The translations under genes and the position numbers were made by a program. From positions 1-54,054 of IMG/VR virus record IMGVR_UViG_3300047300_000614: a stretch of DNA of 54,054 nucleotides; one strand, given 5' to 3'. Positions 29,801 through 38,500 of the stretch are shown piece by piece; the first letter of the stretch is position 1, and the number at the start of each line of letters is the position of its first letter. This stretch comes from a virus. Taxonomy: Duplodnaviria > Caudoviricetes. The notes below the pieces were generated by a model. The model did not search any database. It saw only the letters and a program-made list of their open reading frames with translations, and was not told the DNA's origin.

Positions 29801-32553
29801 CCAGTAGCTTTTAACTCAGCTTCTTCTTCTTTAACCTTTGCTTCCATTACTTTTGATAGCAATGAAACCATCTCTTGGTTATGGCTATTTAAATAGTTAG
29901 AGAAGTTAATTGGATCAATGATATGGTTGATGTTTTCCAACAACGCTTCATGATCATTCTGTAAGCTAAAGTAGTCAGTTAAGTTTTCAAATGCCGCACG
30001 TGCATTGTTATCTTGAACAGGTAACTTACCAGCTTTTGCCAACTGATCATTAATATAAGATGTAAAAGTTGGTAGTGCTTTCTCAGTAAACTCTTCTAAT
30101 GCCTTATTTAAAGCAGCAGCTTTCTTTTCTGGGTTTTTGTTATCAACACTGTTTGCAGCATCAAGTTTCTTTAAATACTTCTCAAGCTCTTTATTGTATT
30201 TATTTAAGCTATCAATCTTTGCTTCCTTTTGTTTCTTTAACTCAGGATCTTGAGTTGCTTCTGCTTCTTGTTGAAGTAACTTGATTTCACTTGCTAACTT
30301 ATCAGTTGAAGTAAGACTATAGATATCTGTAAAGCCAACGTTTTCAAAACCTGGTTTACGTTTGATGCTATCTAATACTTGTTGTTGACGAGTTATAGCA
30401 CGGTTATAAGTATCTTGCATAAAAGTAAGCTGATTAATAGCTTCCTTGTATGACATATAACTCATACCTTCTTTTATATACTCTTCAGTACCGTACTTAA
30501 AGTTACCTGGATTAAATGGATTAGCATAATCAGAAGATAGTTTGTTATGAATATCTCTGATCTCTTCAGCTCTTTGTGTAAAGATCTGAGTTTGCTTAAC
30601 CATATCAGCATGGTTCTCTTTTGTATACTCAACACCAAACGCCTGAGTAAACTCATCTTCATTAAGATTCTTTGTATAGTCAACTAATCGATCAGTTAAC
30701 AAATCAAGCATACCAGTATTGATACCAGTTAAGATAAACTGACGAGTAGCATCATCTTGAATATCATTAAATGCTTTCTTGTCTTTATTAACAGCTGATT
30801 CTCTTAATAACGCAGCAAAGTTTGATTGGTTAGCCGCACTCTCTTTGTTATAATTATAAGACAAAGGATTAGCGTAGATCTCGTTTATTGCATTCTTAAC
30901 GCTTGTTCTTGCACTAGCTTCTTTACCTATACGTTCATCGTATGCAGCTCTATCTGAAAGACGTTGTTGTAATGAACCTGCTCTATCAAATGCTACACCA
31001 GCAGCTCCCATGATAGTCCCTGTAAAGAAACCAGAGATAAATGTTTTAGCACCTTCAACACTAAATTGTTTTGAAGCAGCATCACGGATAGCATCAAACT
31101 TAGAGTCTAACTCTTGTCCGTTATACTTAGCCATATACCATGCTTTTACAGCATCTCCAGAAATACTTTGAGCATTCTCTTGTAAAGCTTCGGATAAGTT
31201 TGCACCAAAGTACTTTAATGGATTACTAACAATAGCATTCTTGTAATACATCCAGCGGTTATCAGCAGCTTCAATGACTTTCTTACCAATCTTTAAAGCA
31301 TCTTTATCACTAACAACAGCTAAACCTTTCATGATGTCTTCATCCATCATATAACGCAAAGGTTTGAATCCTTTTAACACGTTACTAAAGCCAAGCTTAT
31401 TGGACATTAAGATCATAGCTGTATTTGCAGTACCATTAACTTGTGCTGCTTCTAAAGCTTGATTCTTAATCTCTTGTTGTTCTTGGTCCGTTGGCTTTCT
31501 TCCATAACGTGTTTCAAAGTTATACGTCATTGAAGACTCAAGATCTGAGTATGTTCCAGACGCTTCTACTTTAGCTTCAGATAAAGCTAAGTTAAACTCT
31601 CTAAAGTCACGATACAAAGCACCAAATCCTCTTGCGGCAGTTCTTGCTTTTGCAAGAGATGTTGCACCGTATGCCATCTCATCAGCTCTACGCAAAGCTT
31701 TAAAGCCTGACGCAAAGTCCATGACATTGTCAATAGGATTGACTAAAGCTGTTGTCTTTTGTAAAACACTAAATGCCTTACGCATTGCATTTGCAGAGTG
31801 AATACTTTCTGATAACTCAGTAGTTCTCTTTGCTGCTTTTGCAATATTGCTTGCAAGTTTTACCGAACGAGCTGCTTGTAACTCAGCTGCTCCTCCAAAT
31901 GTTTGGGCAGTTAAATAACTTAATGCAGCTTCTTCTGCAGCAATCTCAACTGCTGCTCCAACCATAAATCCACTTTGCTGTAACGTATTAGCAATAGTGT
32001 TAAAGTTAAAGATACCTTGACGATCTGCTTCAGTTTCAAAAATAGGATTATCGTTTAATAAAGCTTTTTGACGACGAGCAAGTTCTTCCATCTCGTTCTT
32101 TTCAAAAGCTGCTTTCATCTCTTGACTAGAGAACACATCAAAAGTATCTCCCCAACTTTTAAACTGATCCACTGCTTGATTCCAAGCTAAAGCACCCATG
32201 CCGGTAAATGCATTCTTTAACTTGTCAAAGTTAGTTTGAGCATTACCGTATAGTTCTTCATTATTACGAAAAGGATTAAAACCTAATTCACCAAAGTATT
32301 CTGAGTTTGTATAACGATCTCTGTTTGTTGCTTCAGCATCATACGCAATAGGACGAAGTGATTCGTCTGTTGAAACTTGTGATAAGTTTTTTCTGGCAGA
32401 AGCCATGACATCTTGAAACTCACGATCAGCTTGTGCATAAGTTGCATTAGCTCTCATTGAGTCTAAAGGATTCGGCTGATCTGGAACGTATGCTGATAAG
32501 TCAGCTTGAGGAGTTGATACCTGGGTAATTAATGGTTGATATTCTTCTGCCAT
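17845..32553 (-). CDS. Virion RNA polymerase (crAss/phi14:2 gp66-like double-psi barrel type) in a 4902-aa multidomain fusion
   Basis: Catalytic GSDFDIDK (DFDIDK at 23260-23277), FRIPTQ (~23380-23397), ADGQAW and FVDAAKDP. Also HEAFE and HEQSH zincin-like motifs, two ASCH-like domains and a C-terminal SF1B helicase. Confidence 0.9.
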   Translation of the reverse strand: MAEEYQPLITQVSTPQADLSAYVPDQPNPLDSMRANATYAQADREFQDVMASARKNLSQVSTDESLRPIAYDAEATNRDRYTNSEYFGELGFNPFRNNEELYGNAQTNFDKLKNAFTGMGALAWNQAVDQFKSWGDTFDVFSSQEMKAAFEKNEMEELARRQKALLNDNPIFETEADRQGIFNFNTIANTLQQSGFMVGAAVEIAAEEAALSYLTAQTFGGAAELQAARSVKLASNIAKAAKRTTELSESIHSANAMRKAFSVLQKTTALVNPIDNVMDFASGFKALRRADEMAYGATSLAKARTAARGFGALYRDFREFNLALSEAKVEASGTYSDLESSMTYNFETRYGRKPTDQEQQEIKNQALEAAQVNGTANTAMILMSNKLGFSNVLKGFKPLRYMMDEDIMKGLAVVSDKDALKIGKKVIEAADNRWMYYKNAIVSNPLKYFGANLSEALQENAQSISGDAVKAWYMAKYNGQELDSKFDAIRDAASKQFSVEGAKTFISGFFTGTIMGAAGVAFDRAGSLQQRLSDRAAYDERIGKEASARTSVKNAINEIYANPLSYNYNKESAANQSNFAALLRESAVNKDKKAFNDIQDDATRQFILTGINTGMLDLLTDRLVDYTKNLNEDEFTQAFGVEYTKENHADMVKQTQIFTQRAEEIRDIHNKLSSDYANPFNPGNFKYGTEEYIKEGMSYMSYKEAINQLTFMQDTYNRAITRQQQVLDSIKRKPGFENVGFTDIYSLTSTDKLASEIKLLQQEAEATQDPELKKQKEAKIDSLNKYNKELEKYLKKLDAANSVDNKNPEKKAAALNKALEEFTEKALPTFTSYINDQLAKAGKLPVQDNNARAAFENLTDYFSLQNDHEALLENINHIIDPINFSNYLNSHNQEMVSLLSKVMEAKVKEEEAELKATGKKVEVDPEMEGLEGEGDGIIDNDAESFYARTGTEGQKPSYRKYGLLKTAGSHFLDDDKTINTENNNHIFFKFTEGVQILGNDFYLLPITADNDELGIRREDKFSDDIKLVVVKKLADGNYVYVDVAGNPLENPTKDTIVYTSLMGNKTLTADMSVKKNAEAAVKYIREIYTVEEEYTDEDIVKEVEMLQQFREMIKSETKKGKAQVLDITGVSQGVKKFAEKDSNNRPLEQDLQGIVIDMDTTDFRDLHHPSGEAMFLKVVTIEDDPEAENVRPGSIVLIGKNTNRIHRVYNRQLSEAEIANITDVLAYFTGLIGNKKRSAQEDTEFLAIKKYLSGILHWASPVEGVAVPSTMMYISKGKLYRGADSIKFDAKTIKKELPGMLTGKYHSVNSSLVRKTDKFTEVTMVNGVPQIKDYSNYNEYLLSNADGRVPVLFTNERPYDSNPSEAAGVQRAGRFLAFAPTEQDLTDSKATVEKNKSPQKIKEDKAQEAAKSVKDNGDAKGTTTTKKRLTIKNTAAESIDSTASSTPVADTPATPVVSSDIEALLAAGDILNASNEAGIDATGEEMVFRLQLGPVRQTEDFFKLAVFMKRALPQVPIHKMADLIENKAWGAFKNGAIYIYENAEIGTGFHEAFESVWNSYLTKAQQDELAQEFIKQDGTFYNPFTNETKPYAEASMYDVREMLAEAFRDYMLTGKLPVNMPKQQKTFFQELINFIRGIFGLKELEFNDLESKINKVFVSINEGEFANAVPVRDLNNLETVYRAIPGTSQEFTKYFLDGITSFFFRNLYLNKKNIDALLDDTADTNELLVSLFKQSLADAEAYTRGNKNEFLAEAVSRIEQKLNRKLTDLEKSGVFNKLLNDNRSVLNKYKGLYNQLDAAFANTEEIYDLFKTRVSKYGLIFKQSDNDYSSVEEGADELKKTDNLGIKDSISIDPRKFGATNFKLLLAGLTDDYFNVKKGEIYFKRNPLQLPKSLSYDRVYAILLNELNGSIQQYKDGKVVNAIDEMFTRLDAKFKIKPVSPKSKIKTYKEGYEWIQRLKVRLKYEDAFGKPYPTENLSADDIELLVGFEQSLLKIQNNPIRTVYGEDGVIISDDSILTSTTYGLRDQWAANASTTAKPLSLKTADELLGIDDSGNVVFDTMSTPYKQFMARLTAGATIEEKGEEAVERLAMLGIKFTNTYFNTEQYRVIVNAFSGIKAGISKGDIFSIQTLFSRTGANASINALLNLQIATTSEENVLSHVTADGEQQYTISNPSTAGYVINAINSAATLKDLVLGNPQFGTVNEKTGEVTLHPYQQRSLLLKPGGLVFDEKGNKRMVESETSIEQGVMKPFMLQYNLISGVMTAGIEGKTTADLTEPDRLMQEIYHLTQNVYYTVINSDKSSEFAISLPKAFYSIEDITSSAGLQGVKQIYLDQLLDEIDAAVEEHKQSANIQYYSQNEKNGIYDVKKLGHYRDILGKDLVKRVADIAAGTLDKNVFVNSNNVTRALNAHIEQGARDTIDELIKHDIVVYSKSSGTFASLSLDADFLKTYLGVSDPYQITKSQMTSLATFLFVNKEIAITEQHKILYGHPALYKDLPKRSNGINSTKEGITDNITVRTWMDKNMPRLDRKVRSSERVATMKNRTFDDITVSALRSKEYAEVIYAGMIANGMNAEKASQKLGVTFDKDNKFVGFIFDEKGGYTGEIAKYLEINEADGQAWIMPDMYRDLLFLSKKLTRKQKAQIEYEMAYEIVARSKKPTSSNAHKTYDKPVLEQAKKTLAKGNPGGILNVIKPQYFGYAIDNKLMHTVFLKNSAQPKFYRFVEGTAFEDIYIASQEAQDDIINLTSGQKVGATLNSKGGFTQIYDTDGNANVTRDKDGKLSFTDVPAQTLIMRYFGIQQEVPSTFKYAVVRGTQVSKLIMSNFRVKGVYTSKESEKLVKEYNQIMTEMVKIGKKSLLEELGLTEQANGNYKATDLSKIVSVLRNELKQRELPDNVVDAINTITNEEGFKELEYTLDSSTAREKIDNILNAIVDSRVISEKMPGKPLVQVANTLFETKGRSYVYLKDGVYTDIAASKVNELTDDEKKTVRMVSSDLAFYKKGTGKNAKTTSMEVYLPWFMEDLIPSGNMKLVNGILQTGDYEIDPTLLKAIGFRIPTQGMNSIDSIKVKGFLPKEMGDMIVLPSEITGKSGSDFDIDKLQVYLANHYKQGNKIVAYKWQGNAEKTKAYYEDLYDKGQLLSPSDLEKIEKFKAKEASTPEGRMILAMVSSMLGEDSIAVSWLEGLKNAEERREKIVQAAVKKALQNRYIEVMNDLVLLPENFAQLITPNTTATLKGLANKINTLKGKKDDENAGYANLRSIVASSRIRHRFVSGKKLVGIAALQITSHIMSQIAGTKLSGLYNPERIYYLVGKGIKDKTINIRLNHDSNKELSLSLTVTQNGSLISDLFNEALSGFVDAAKDPFTFDLNLTMDTAATWFYMQRLGIDVDDIAYFFNQPILDTYFKGVASNKSYFKKIKGYKAYNKMLALEAANPFLNYIQSTKEYEDVFKELEIKPIKGDIMNIYKDAEEAGNFMLIASLDKILGAIYRKAQTLQPTITTQELEDNIKTGAELQYTMYAVYGSGLDNEEAEVALEKDLADFGWSQIGIMSDYLEYSVQGNQLNDYIRAQGYDNKKSKNIRTNKIQQSRWNKVVKDGFIANPQDLLDNTFIGEMKAQKESIIKMFEPFFTLLDRRLDKVFDPLMRQLESDLFMTTDDIDSLVEKYQNFVFNYIIQNTVYKNANGKDVRINRFKKMFFGDNSWAKKLRAYRESDDSMIRNNMFIKNLVPIISPNEALPDNIKSLRSTEDINDIVDSAKELLQYAENTGNQDLSDFLKQIAIYSILQTGFQKNYNNFTPLLPVEIYSVLLKNILGRFNTNENVDFNPEVIWEQFHQNMAHDSNVVPTPRFYKFEQGTDNVLISVDSTDVNLDYIKRTVLAVKDKRDQAELIRNGRRDEIFSTILYKKSGQDVVVKGVIYSRYVPINPLGLKYRLTELSEDPFMQSVIQSNASNKMGNLRGVNSNVVNALLEEDEDIKAEKTGNRPVSLDISTTDNASELIATGVKTRIHSYGNPDAMRLNERGVATINGVKVYVTYKGFKTLEEAGGKQEVLRTEGVTEDQVKGRLVVWMRENPLNIRYHVYELAPFVEDTLLKPEEEGTDPFETTTTTVAPIEQNFKDGQDGRKMQPQFEGKSTMDLVLSGDRTRTTRAKTDIDRMMKDYGLTKIEDLVGKVIPMTDKSGRTAQTVITKVTPFTQEYQDETWEKEGWEKAVTDKLVGQYPYAIEFELVQPTKVTANVVAAKVENGIQIPAYTIDRSITNSDGSKRLAHTDGKSITINPVKTVDEFFDYFTGKVGGKSSVQKAEVLRQMEAISPVYSLDALKQIINTTKLANLFLVLHEQSHIDNDDASIYWANGRDLMSQDKIEIEARATIEALLKVIEYRGAVENPGQQTLDKYELFPGVFANEGQKKAIDNIDRFLKNKAANQFLLKGRGGTGKTTIINKAISESGISPKEVIGATVAHEARQVLQLSMTNYNTVSIASLLGLVQAYTKEGEEYFRERTAQEQAEFESKGLQDAVETAKLIVIDEASMIDDFIYEKLLSRMLPEAKVIFMGDNVQIPPINAEKTGDSPIWQLQDTEWFSELTERMRQGAESPILPVTDVYAENVEKMQKGLPGSVLSPLTDRTNKITDNEGVAFETNFKKAVEDFAKDYNDPAFTKGVVLVAARREVVDNFNNLIRRAIFNTSEAFVVGDVLRVDRNYTRNRKVEYENGLRGKVTAVKPVSVELLEEHGIQAYQVSMEIKTIDRDFKEVMKVVTFNTVDPKQNDEYRNILKQKYSIAERLPAGSIQRKNAYREAFIFEEAAVDVKFGYAITSHRVQGSTYDVTYVHETDIMSFPGSAEEQNRMMYTAVSRPRKKLVILSSGVPTVTAERTTTVSADTNRMNARLAAAREAREVLKNKDKGCKK

Positions 32554-32583
32554 TACTGTTATATTACTTTATTAAAAAAACTG

Positions 32584-35463
32584 TTAGTATGTAATCCCTA
32601 AAGATTGTTTTCTTTGTTCCCATGTTTGTGTGGGATCAACACCTAAGTTACTAAGAACTTTTTGATTTTTCCTAATAGAACCTAGGGCAATTGAGTTAAG
32701 TTCTTGTCTAATACTTCCAATATTTTTTGATATAGGCATCATCAAGCTTTCATGCTTAGTATGCATATTACCTGTTTTATCAGCTTCTTGATATGATACA
32801 CTTGCAATTAATTGATTACCTGCTGTATCTTTTGTTAGAGTCCATTCAACACCTAGTTCTTTAAGCCAGTTAGAAGACTTTAACTCACCACTCTTGTCAA
32901 AGTTTAAGAAGTCAACTGCTGCTGGTTCCCAGTCTGTATTAAAACCAGATACACTACCTTTCTTTACAGCAATCTCAACACCATCGTTAATTGCTTTAAG
33001 TGTTGCTTTTTGTTCATCGTTAAGACTATTTTCTCCACCAAGTAGTTTTACTACTTCAGCCCTATCAAAAAAGACTTTAACTGCTGCACCACCTGCTGCT
33101 CCGATTTTTGTTAAACCAACAGCATTGATAACGTTTCTTGCAGTAGGACCTTTTGTTAACTGAATAATATTCTTCAACTCATCTTCATCTGCACCTTGCT
33201 CTACTAATTGTTTTAAGTTAGTTGGTATACCACCTGTTTCTCCAAGGTTGTCTTCACTCATTGCTTGATCAACAATATTTTGAGCTACATCAGTTTCTTT
33301 TATTCTATCTGTGCGGAATATCTGCATTGATCCAATATAACTATCTCCACCAAGAACATTCTTTAACTGACCAGATGCACGCTCATCAAATGATTCAAGT
33401 AGTTTATCATATTGTTTTCCAGCTTCTTTAAATGTTGCCACAGCACGATCTTTTGCAGATGTGTATACAGGTACAACAGTTCCCATCACTAAAGATTGTG
33501 GAACTCCTGATGCTGTATTAGTTATTGTCTTTGCGTACTCATCAGCATTACTGTATCCAAAACGAGCTTTTAAGAACTCATTCTTACTCATTAGTTTACC
33601 ACCTTTACTAAGTGGTGCAAACATAGGATCTTTTAAAACTGAAGAATGGATATCGGTTTCTGCTTTAACAAGATTGCCATACGTTGTCATATTGCTTTCG
33701 TATCTTTCAATCTTATTCATATCAGATTCACTCAAGCCACCTGTATCTTTTCTTGCTATTATGAATCGCTTAGCGTTTTCAAATAACTTATTAAAAGTTG
33801 CAGTAGGACTTTGACCATATGCAATATTCTTATCAATAAGTCCTTTTTCTTGTAAACGTTTGTACTCAGCTAATACTTCTGGATCTGGATTCTTAGTGTT
33901 AAATACACCATTCTTTAAACCAGATCTATATGCTTCAATTAAAGCAGGTGCAATCTTTACTGCATCTTTATTTGTATTATAAGCATTTGCAGTAACAATA
34001 ATACTTGCTGCTTGATCGATACCTTCATGTAAACGACTTAACTTAATATCAGTAAAACGTTTCTTTGTTGCTATGATATCAAGACCTTTTGTATTAAGAC
34101 CAACATAAGTAGGAGTATTAATATCTAACGCTCCAAATCCTTCTCCATCAGACCCATCTTCAGAAGAACCGGATGATCCGGACTTTGATCCACTTCCACC
34201 TTTTAGTCGTTCTTTATAGTCAATCTTTTGTAACTCTTGATCGAACTTAATTTGATTAGCTTCAGCTTCAAGTTGTATCTTAGCAACATCATCAAGTGAG
34301 TAACTTGATTGCACTGCTGCAGCTCTTGATCTTGCAAATCGAGTTATGAAGTTATTCTCAGCAATATTAGAAAAGTATGCTTCGCCGCCTTTTGTGATGT
34401 TTGTGTAAAGATCTTGATATAACTTAGAGTTTTTATCACCTAAACTATTTACCTTTTGCTCATAATCACTTGCTGATTGACTTAGTCTTTTGTATTGATC
34501 AGATAAAGTCTTGAACTCTTTTGTTTGTTCAGCAGTAACAACTCCAGGGTTTGCAGTATATGCAGCATTCTTTGCATCAAGTTCAGACTTAAGCTTTTGT
34601 GCTTGTTCTGATACATCTGTAAAGCGTGCTTTTGTAGCTTCTAAATCTCTTGAAATAAAGTTGGTTGCTGCAAGATCTTTTGCTTGAGCTTCGGGCATAC
34701 CTTGTGATAAGTATGACTGTGTCAGATTATCATATTGAACAGCACCTTCAACACGAAAGATCTCTTTTGCTTGAGGCATTGTTGCTAATTGATGAGATAC
34801 CCATTCAGTATAGTTAGGTATTGACTTATCACCATTAACTGTTTTGATTTTATATCTACCTGTTGGATCCAATGTTTCTGACTCAACTTTAAAACCTTGT
34901 TCTTTTGCTCTAGCGTCCAGTTCTTTCATTACGTCAAAGAATGGAACATATTTATTTACTTGAACCTTACCAATAGAGCCATCACCACGACTTGCGTTTT
35001 GCATTTTACGTGCTGAGATATTTACAAAGTCAGCCCCCATTTGCCAGTATTGTTCACGCATCTTAGGATCAGAAGATTCAGCAAGCATAGCTGCTTTCTT
35101 TTGATTAGCTATAATCTGACTACTCTTACTATAATCTTGTAGTAAGTCTTGGTCTTGCCAGAAAGGAGAAAAGATTTGTTGAGCTGATTGAACGTTCTGT
35201 TGCTGAGATAAATCAAAAGAAGCTATATCTTTTAGTTTTGTTTGAGCTTGTTTTAAATACTCATCACGTACTTCAGCATTACCTTTAGCTAGTAAAGGAG
35301 CAGATAATATACTATTATAAGAACTCTTGATTTGGTTTAATCCTTGATCAAACAAATAGTTTCTTTTCTGAAGATCAGCAGCTATTGTTGAGAAATCAGG
35401 TGTGTATAGCGGAAGAGCCGCTATCGCATTGTGACCTGAAGGATATGGTGTTATTGAAGCCAT
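32584..35463 (-). CDS. Putative internal virion/ejection protein
   Basis: 959-aa helical/coiled-coil protein with a central Gly/Ser linker, located between the cargo-like genes and the vRNAP gene. Confidence 0.6.
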   Translation of the reverse strand: MASITPYPSGHNAIAALPLYTPDFSTIAADLQKRNYLFDQGLNQIKSSYNSILSAPLLAKGNAEVRDEYLKQAQTKLKDIASFDLSQQQNVQSAQQIFSPFWQDQDLLQDYSKSSQIIANQKKAAMLAESSDPKMREQYWQMGADFVNISARKMQNASRGDGSIGKVQVNKYVPFFDVMKELDARAKEQGFKVESETLDPTGRYKIKTVNGDKSIPNYTEWVSHQLATMPQAKEIFRVEGAVQYDNLTQSYLSQGMPEAQAKDLAATNFISRDLEATKARFTDVSEQAQKLKSELDAKNAAYTANPGVVTAEQTKEFKTLSDQYKRLSQSASDYEQKVNSLGDKNSKLYQDLYTNITKGGEAYFSNIAENNFITRFARSRAAAVQSSYSLDDVAKIQLEAEANQIKFDQELQKIDYKERLKGGSGSKSGSSGSSEDGSDGEGFGALDINTPTYVGLNTKGLDIIATKKRFTDIKLSRLHEGIDQAASIIVTANAYNTNKDAVKIAPALIEAYRSGLKNGVFNTKNPDPEVLAEYKRLQEKGLIDKNIAYGQSPTATFNKLFENAKRFIIARKDTGGLSESDMNKIERYESNMTTYGNLVKAETDIHSSVLKDPMFAPLSKGGKLMSKNEFLKARFGYSNADEYAKTITNTASGVPQSLVMGTVVPVYTSAKDRAVATFKEAGKQYDKLLESFDERASGQLKNVLGGDSYIGSMQIFRTDRIKETDVAQNIVDQAMSEDNLGETGGIPTNLKQLVEQGADEDELKNIIQLTKGPTARNVINAVGLTKIGAAGGAAVKVFFDRAEVVKLLGGENSLNDEQKATLKAINDGVEIAVKKGSVSGFNTDWEPAAVDFLNFDKSGELKSSNWLKELGVEWTLTKDTAGNQLIASVSYQEADKTGNMHTKHESLMMPISKNIGSIRQELNSIALGSIRKNQKVLSNLGVDPTQTWEQRKQSLGITY

Positions 35464-35472
35464 AAGACAATA

Positions 35473-35509
35473 ATAATATACAAAAAATATGTGAGGTTTA
35501 AAACTAAAC
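35473..35509 (-). promoter_or_regulatory. Putative late promoter (GTTTA..TAAAC-N14-GTATATTAT)
   Basis: Motif shared with the intergenic regions at 39028-39065 and 51428-51454. Confidence 0.55.
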
Positions 35510-35518
35510 TTTTATTGT

Positions 35519-38500
35519 TTAGTCTTCACCATAGTAATTAAATGGATAAGCAGATGCTCCATAAGCTCCTCCCATAGGACCTAATAAACTACTAAGTCCG
35601 CTAAGCATTTGTCTTTGGGTTTTAGATAATGAACCATTTGCACCATATGTTGAAGTAGTTCTATTACCTTTTAGCATCTCCATTGCAAACTTACTAGCAT
35701 CTTCTTTACTTAATCCCGCATCCATACCTTTTTTGATTTGCTCAGCTATTGCAGCATATGGATCAGTATTAGAAGATCCTTTACCACTCATGATAAGCTG
35801 AGATATATCAACACCAGGTTTTAATACTTGGAAACCTGTTCTTGGATCAATATCAAAATACTCACTAGTTTTATTTAAAGCATCAAGCTTAGCACGATTA
35901 CCAAAGGCATTCTGATATGCAGCAAGAGTTTGTTTCTCAGCAGCATCTCTCATTGAGAAGTTTTCTAAGTTATACTTATTACTCATCTCAGCTAACATGT
36001 TTGCAGCCTGAGCTTTTTGTGCAAGGTTTTGATTAATAGTTGCTGCATTAACTGCATTAGCTTGATTTGCAATACCAACGTTCTGTGCATTTGTTGCAGC
36101 GTCAATATTTGCAATACCTTCTAATTGCTTACCAGCTATTTGACTAGATCCTGCTAAGTAAGACTGTGGTCTACCAAATGTACGTAATCCTTGGTTCTGC
36201 ATGTTTGCTTGCTCAGCAAGAGCAGCATATTGTCTTGTAGGATCAGCAAATACTGTTTCTGGTAATACATAATCAGGAGCTTGTACAAACGGTGACATTG
36301 TTGGAATACCAGCTCTAGTAATTAAACTCTGAAGAATAGCTGCTTTGTCAGGACGCATCATCCTAGCATTCTTTGGATTATATCCTGCACCTGCACTACC
36401 AGCAGTAGGACCTGTTGGTTGTGTATCTTCTGCAACATCTTTTGCAGCTGGTACATAATCTTCATCTCTAACATATCCAGCTGGTACATTATTTTGAGCT
36501 ACCTCTGGCGGTAACTGAAACTCTTCATTAGGATTAATATCAGAAGGGAAGTATGGATTAGTATACTGTTGTTTTTTTAACTCTTCGTTTTTAAACTGAT
36601 CCCATCTGTAACCTAACTTAGAATCATACATACCACCAATAGGCTTGCCATATTGCTTATGTAACTCATTAATACGAGCTGCTCTTTTTGGATCCTGCAT
36701 GATATACTTCTGTAATGCAAGATTATCTCCAGGAGTTCCGGTGTATCCTATTGATTTAGCATACTCATCCCAAGAAGAACTAGGGAACTTAGAAGCATTC
36801 TTTACACCTGAGTATCTGTCACCAGGCCAAGATTGAAAACCTCTTACTTCTCCACGTTTTTGATACTCAATAAGACCGCCTTCTTCTTTTGCAAAGTTGT
36901 GAGCAAAGACTGCTTTCTTAACCATCTCTGGAGAATACTGATCTTTGTTTGCTAAGATATGCGCAGCAGCTTCTTGAGTGCCCATACCCATACGAGTAGC
37001 TTGAGCTTTAAAGGTACCTTTCTTTGCAGGATCAATATGAATACCACCTTGTTGATACCAAGCATTACCTGAGAATGTTGAACCACCTTTCTTTGCGTAT
37101 TCTGCAGCTTCTGGTTCTTGTTCCATTCCTGGTTGTTCTTGCATACCACGAAGTTGCTCTACCAATTCTGGAGGTAACGCCATCATAGCGGCTTGAGGAA
37201 TACCTTGTGGAAATCCTTTCTTTGATTCTTGAGCTAATGCTAACTGGGCAAGCTTAAACTTGTTGTTATTCATCATCATCTCAGCTGTACGTTTTTGGTA
37301 CTGATCTGCATTTGGATCCTCTAAGATAGCTTTATATTTGTTAAGTTCATACTGTTTAGCTAATTCAGCTGGAGTATATCCTTTCTTTGTAGTTACAGAT
37401 TTACCAAACTGTGCTAATGCTTGACCTTTTAACTTCATACTTTTTGTATCTGAATAGATAAAAGTACCTGGCTTTAAGTTTAATGGTGTACCACCTTGAG
37501 AGTGACGCTTACCGCCAATCTTTGAGTGCTCCATTTCTCCATCACCATCTAAGTCACCATAAGCAGTTTCTCCTCGCTCAGCTTCTAGATTAGCCATATC
37601 TCTTGGTACAGCTTGTAATGTATCTTTTACAGCATAAGGATCTGGTTTACCCATCTCATTATCAATAACACGAGAACCAAGATCTAAACTATGTCCGTAC
37701 TGTCCACCATAAGCCATCTCTCCTAAATCTCCGCCAAACTGGCGAGTTATCATATCATAAGCAGTATTAAATCTACGTATCTGATTATTCGAATTAAGTA
37801 AACCTGGAATAAAGTTTTGTAATAGTTCTGGAGCATGTTTCATACCAGTACCTGTAACATGTTGTACAAACTGACTTGCTGGATTTAAATATTTGTCTGA
37901 TTGAGCAATAGGTGTTATAATATTATGGATTTTACCTGCAATATTTTTAGCTTTTGCAAACTTACCAATGTTAACAACTGCTTTAGCTCCTTTACCTGCT
38001 TTACCAATAAGTGGTAATGCAGAAGCCATTACTAAACCTTTTTCCCAACCTGGCATATTTGGATCATTGTATGCACGATACGCATCATCCCAAGCTGTAA
38101 TACCAGTTGGATCAAATACTTCAGCAATATCTTCTAAAACAGAATCTTCGTTTTGTCCCCCTTCTTGTAAGTGTCTTAAAAACTTAAATAGTGGAGTTGC
38201 TTTTGCTGCTGCAAATCCATCTTTAATAACAGGCCATAAACCTTTAGCTTCTTGATAAGCTTGCTCATATGCTTGATTAGCTGCACTTCTTCCGGCAACT
38301 GATGCAGGAGTAACACGTTTAAAACCAGCTTTAACGTTTTCAATCATCTTACCAAGATCTACTTCGTTATGGATCTTTTTAAGCTCAGCCATTTCACCTG
38401 CTGTATAGTTACCTCTAGTACGAATACTTTCAGCAATCTGCTCAGCTCTTTTAAAAGGATCAATAACTACTCTTGCACCAGCTTGTTTTGCTGCTTTACC

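Noticed and set aside
674-32553. Inteins or self-splicing introns in the helicase, primase, PolB or RNAP
   Set aside because: Catalytic motifs are contiguous with normal spacing. No intein splice-junction or LAGLIDADG motifs were seen. The GIY-YIG gene is free-standing and interrupts no gene.
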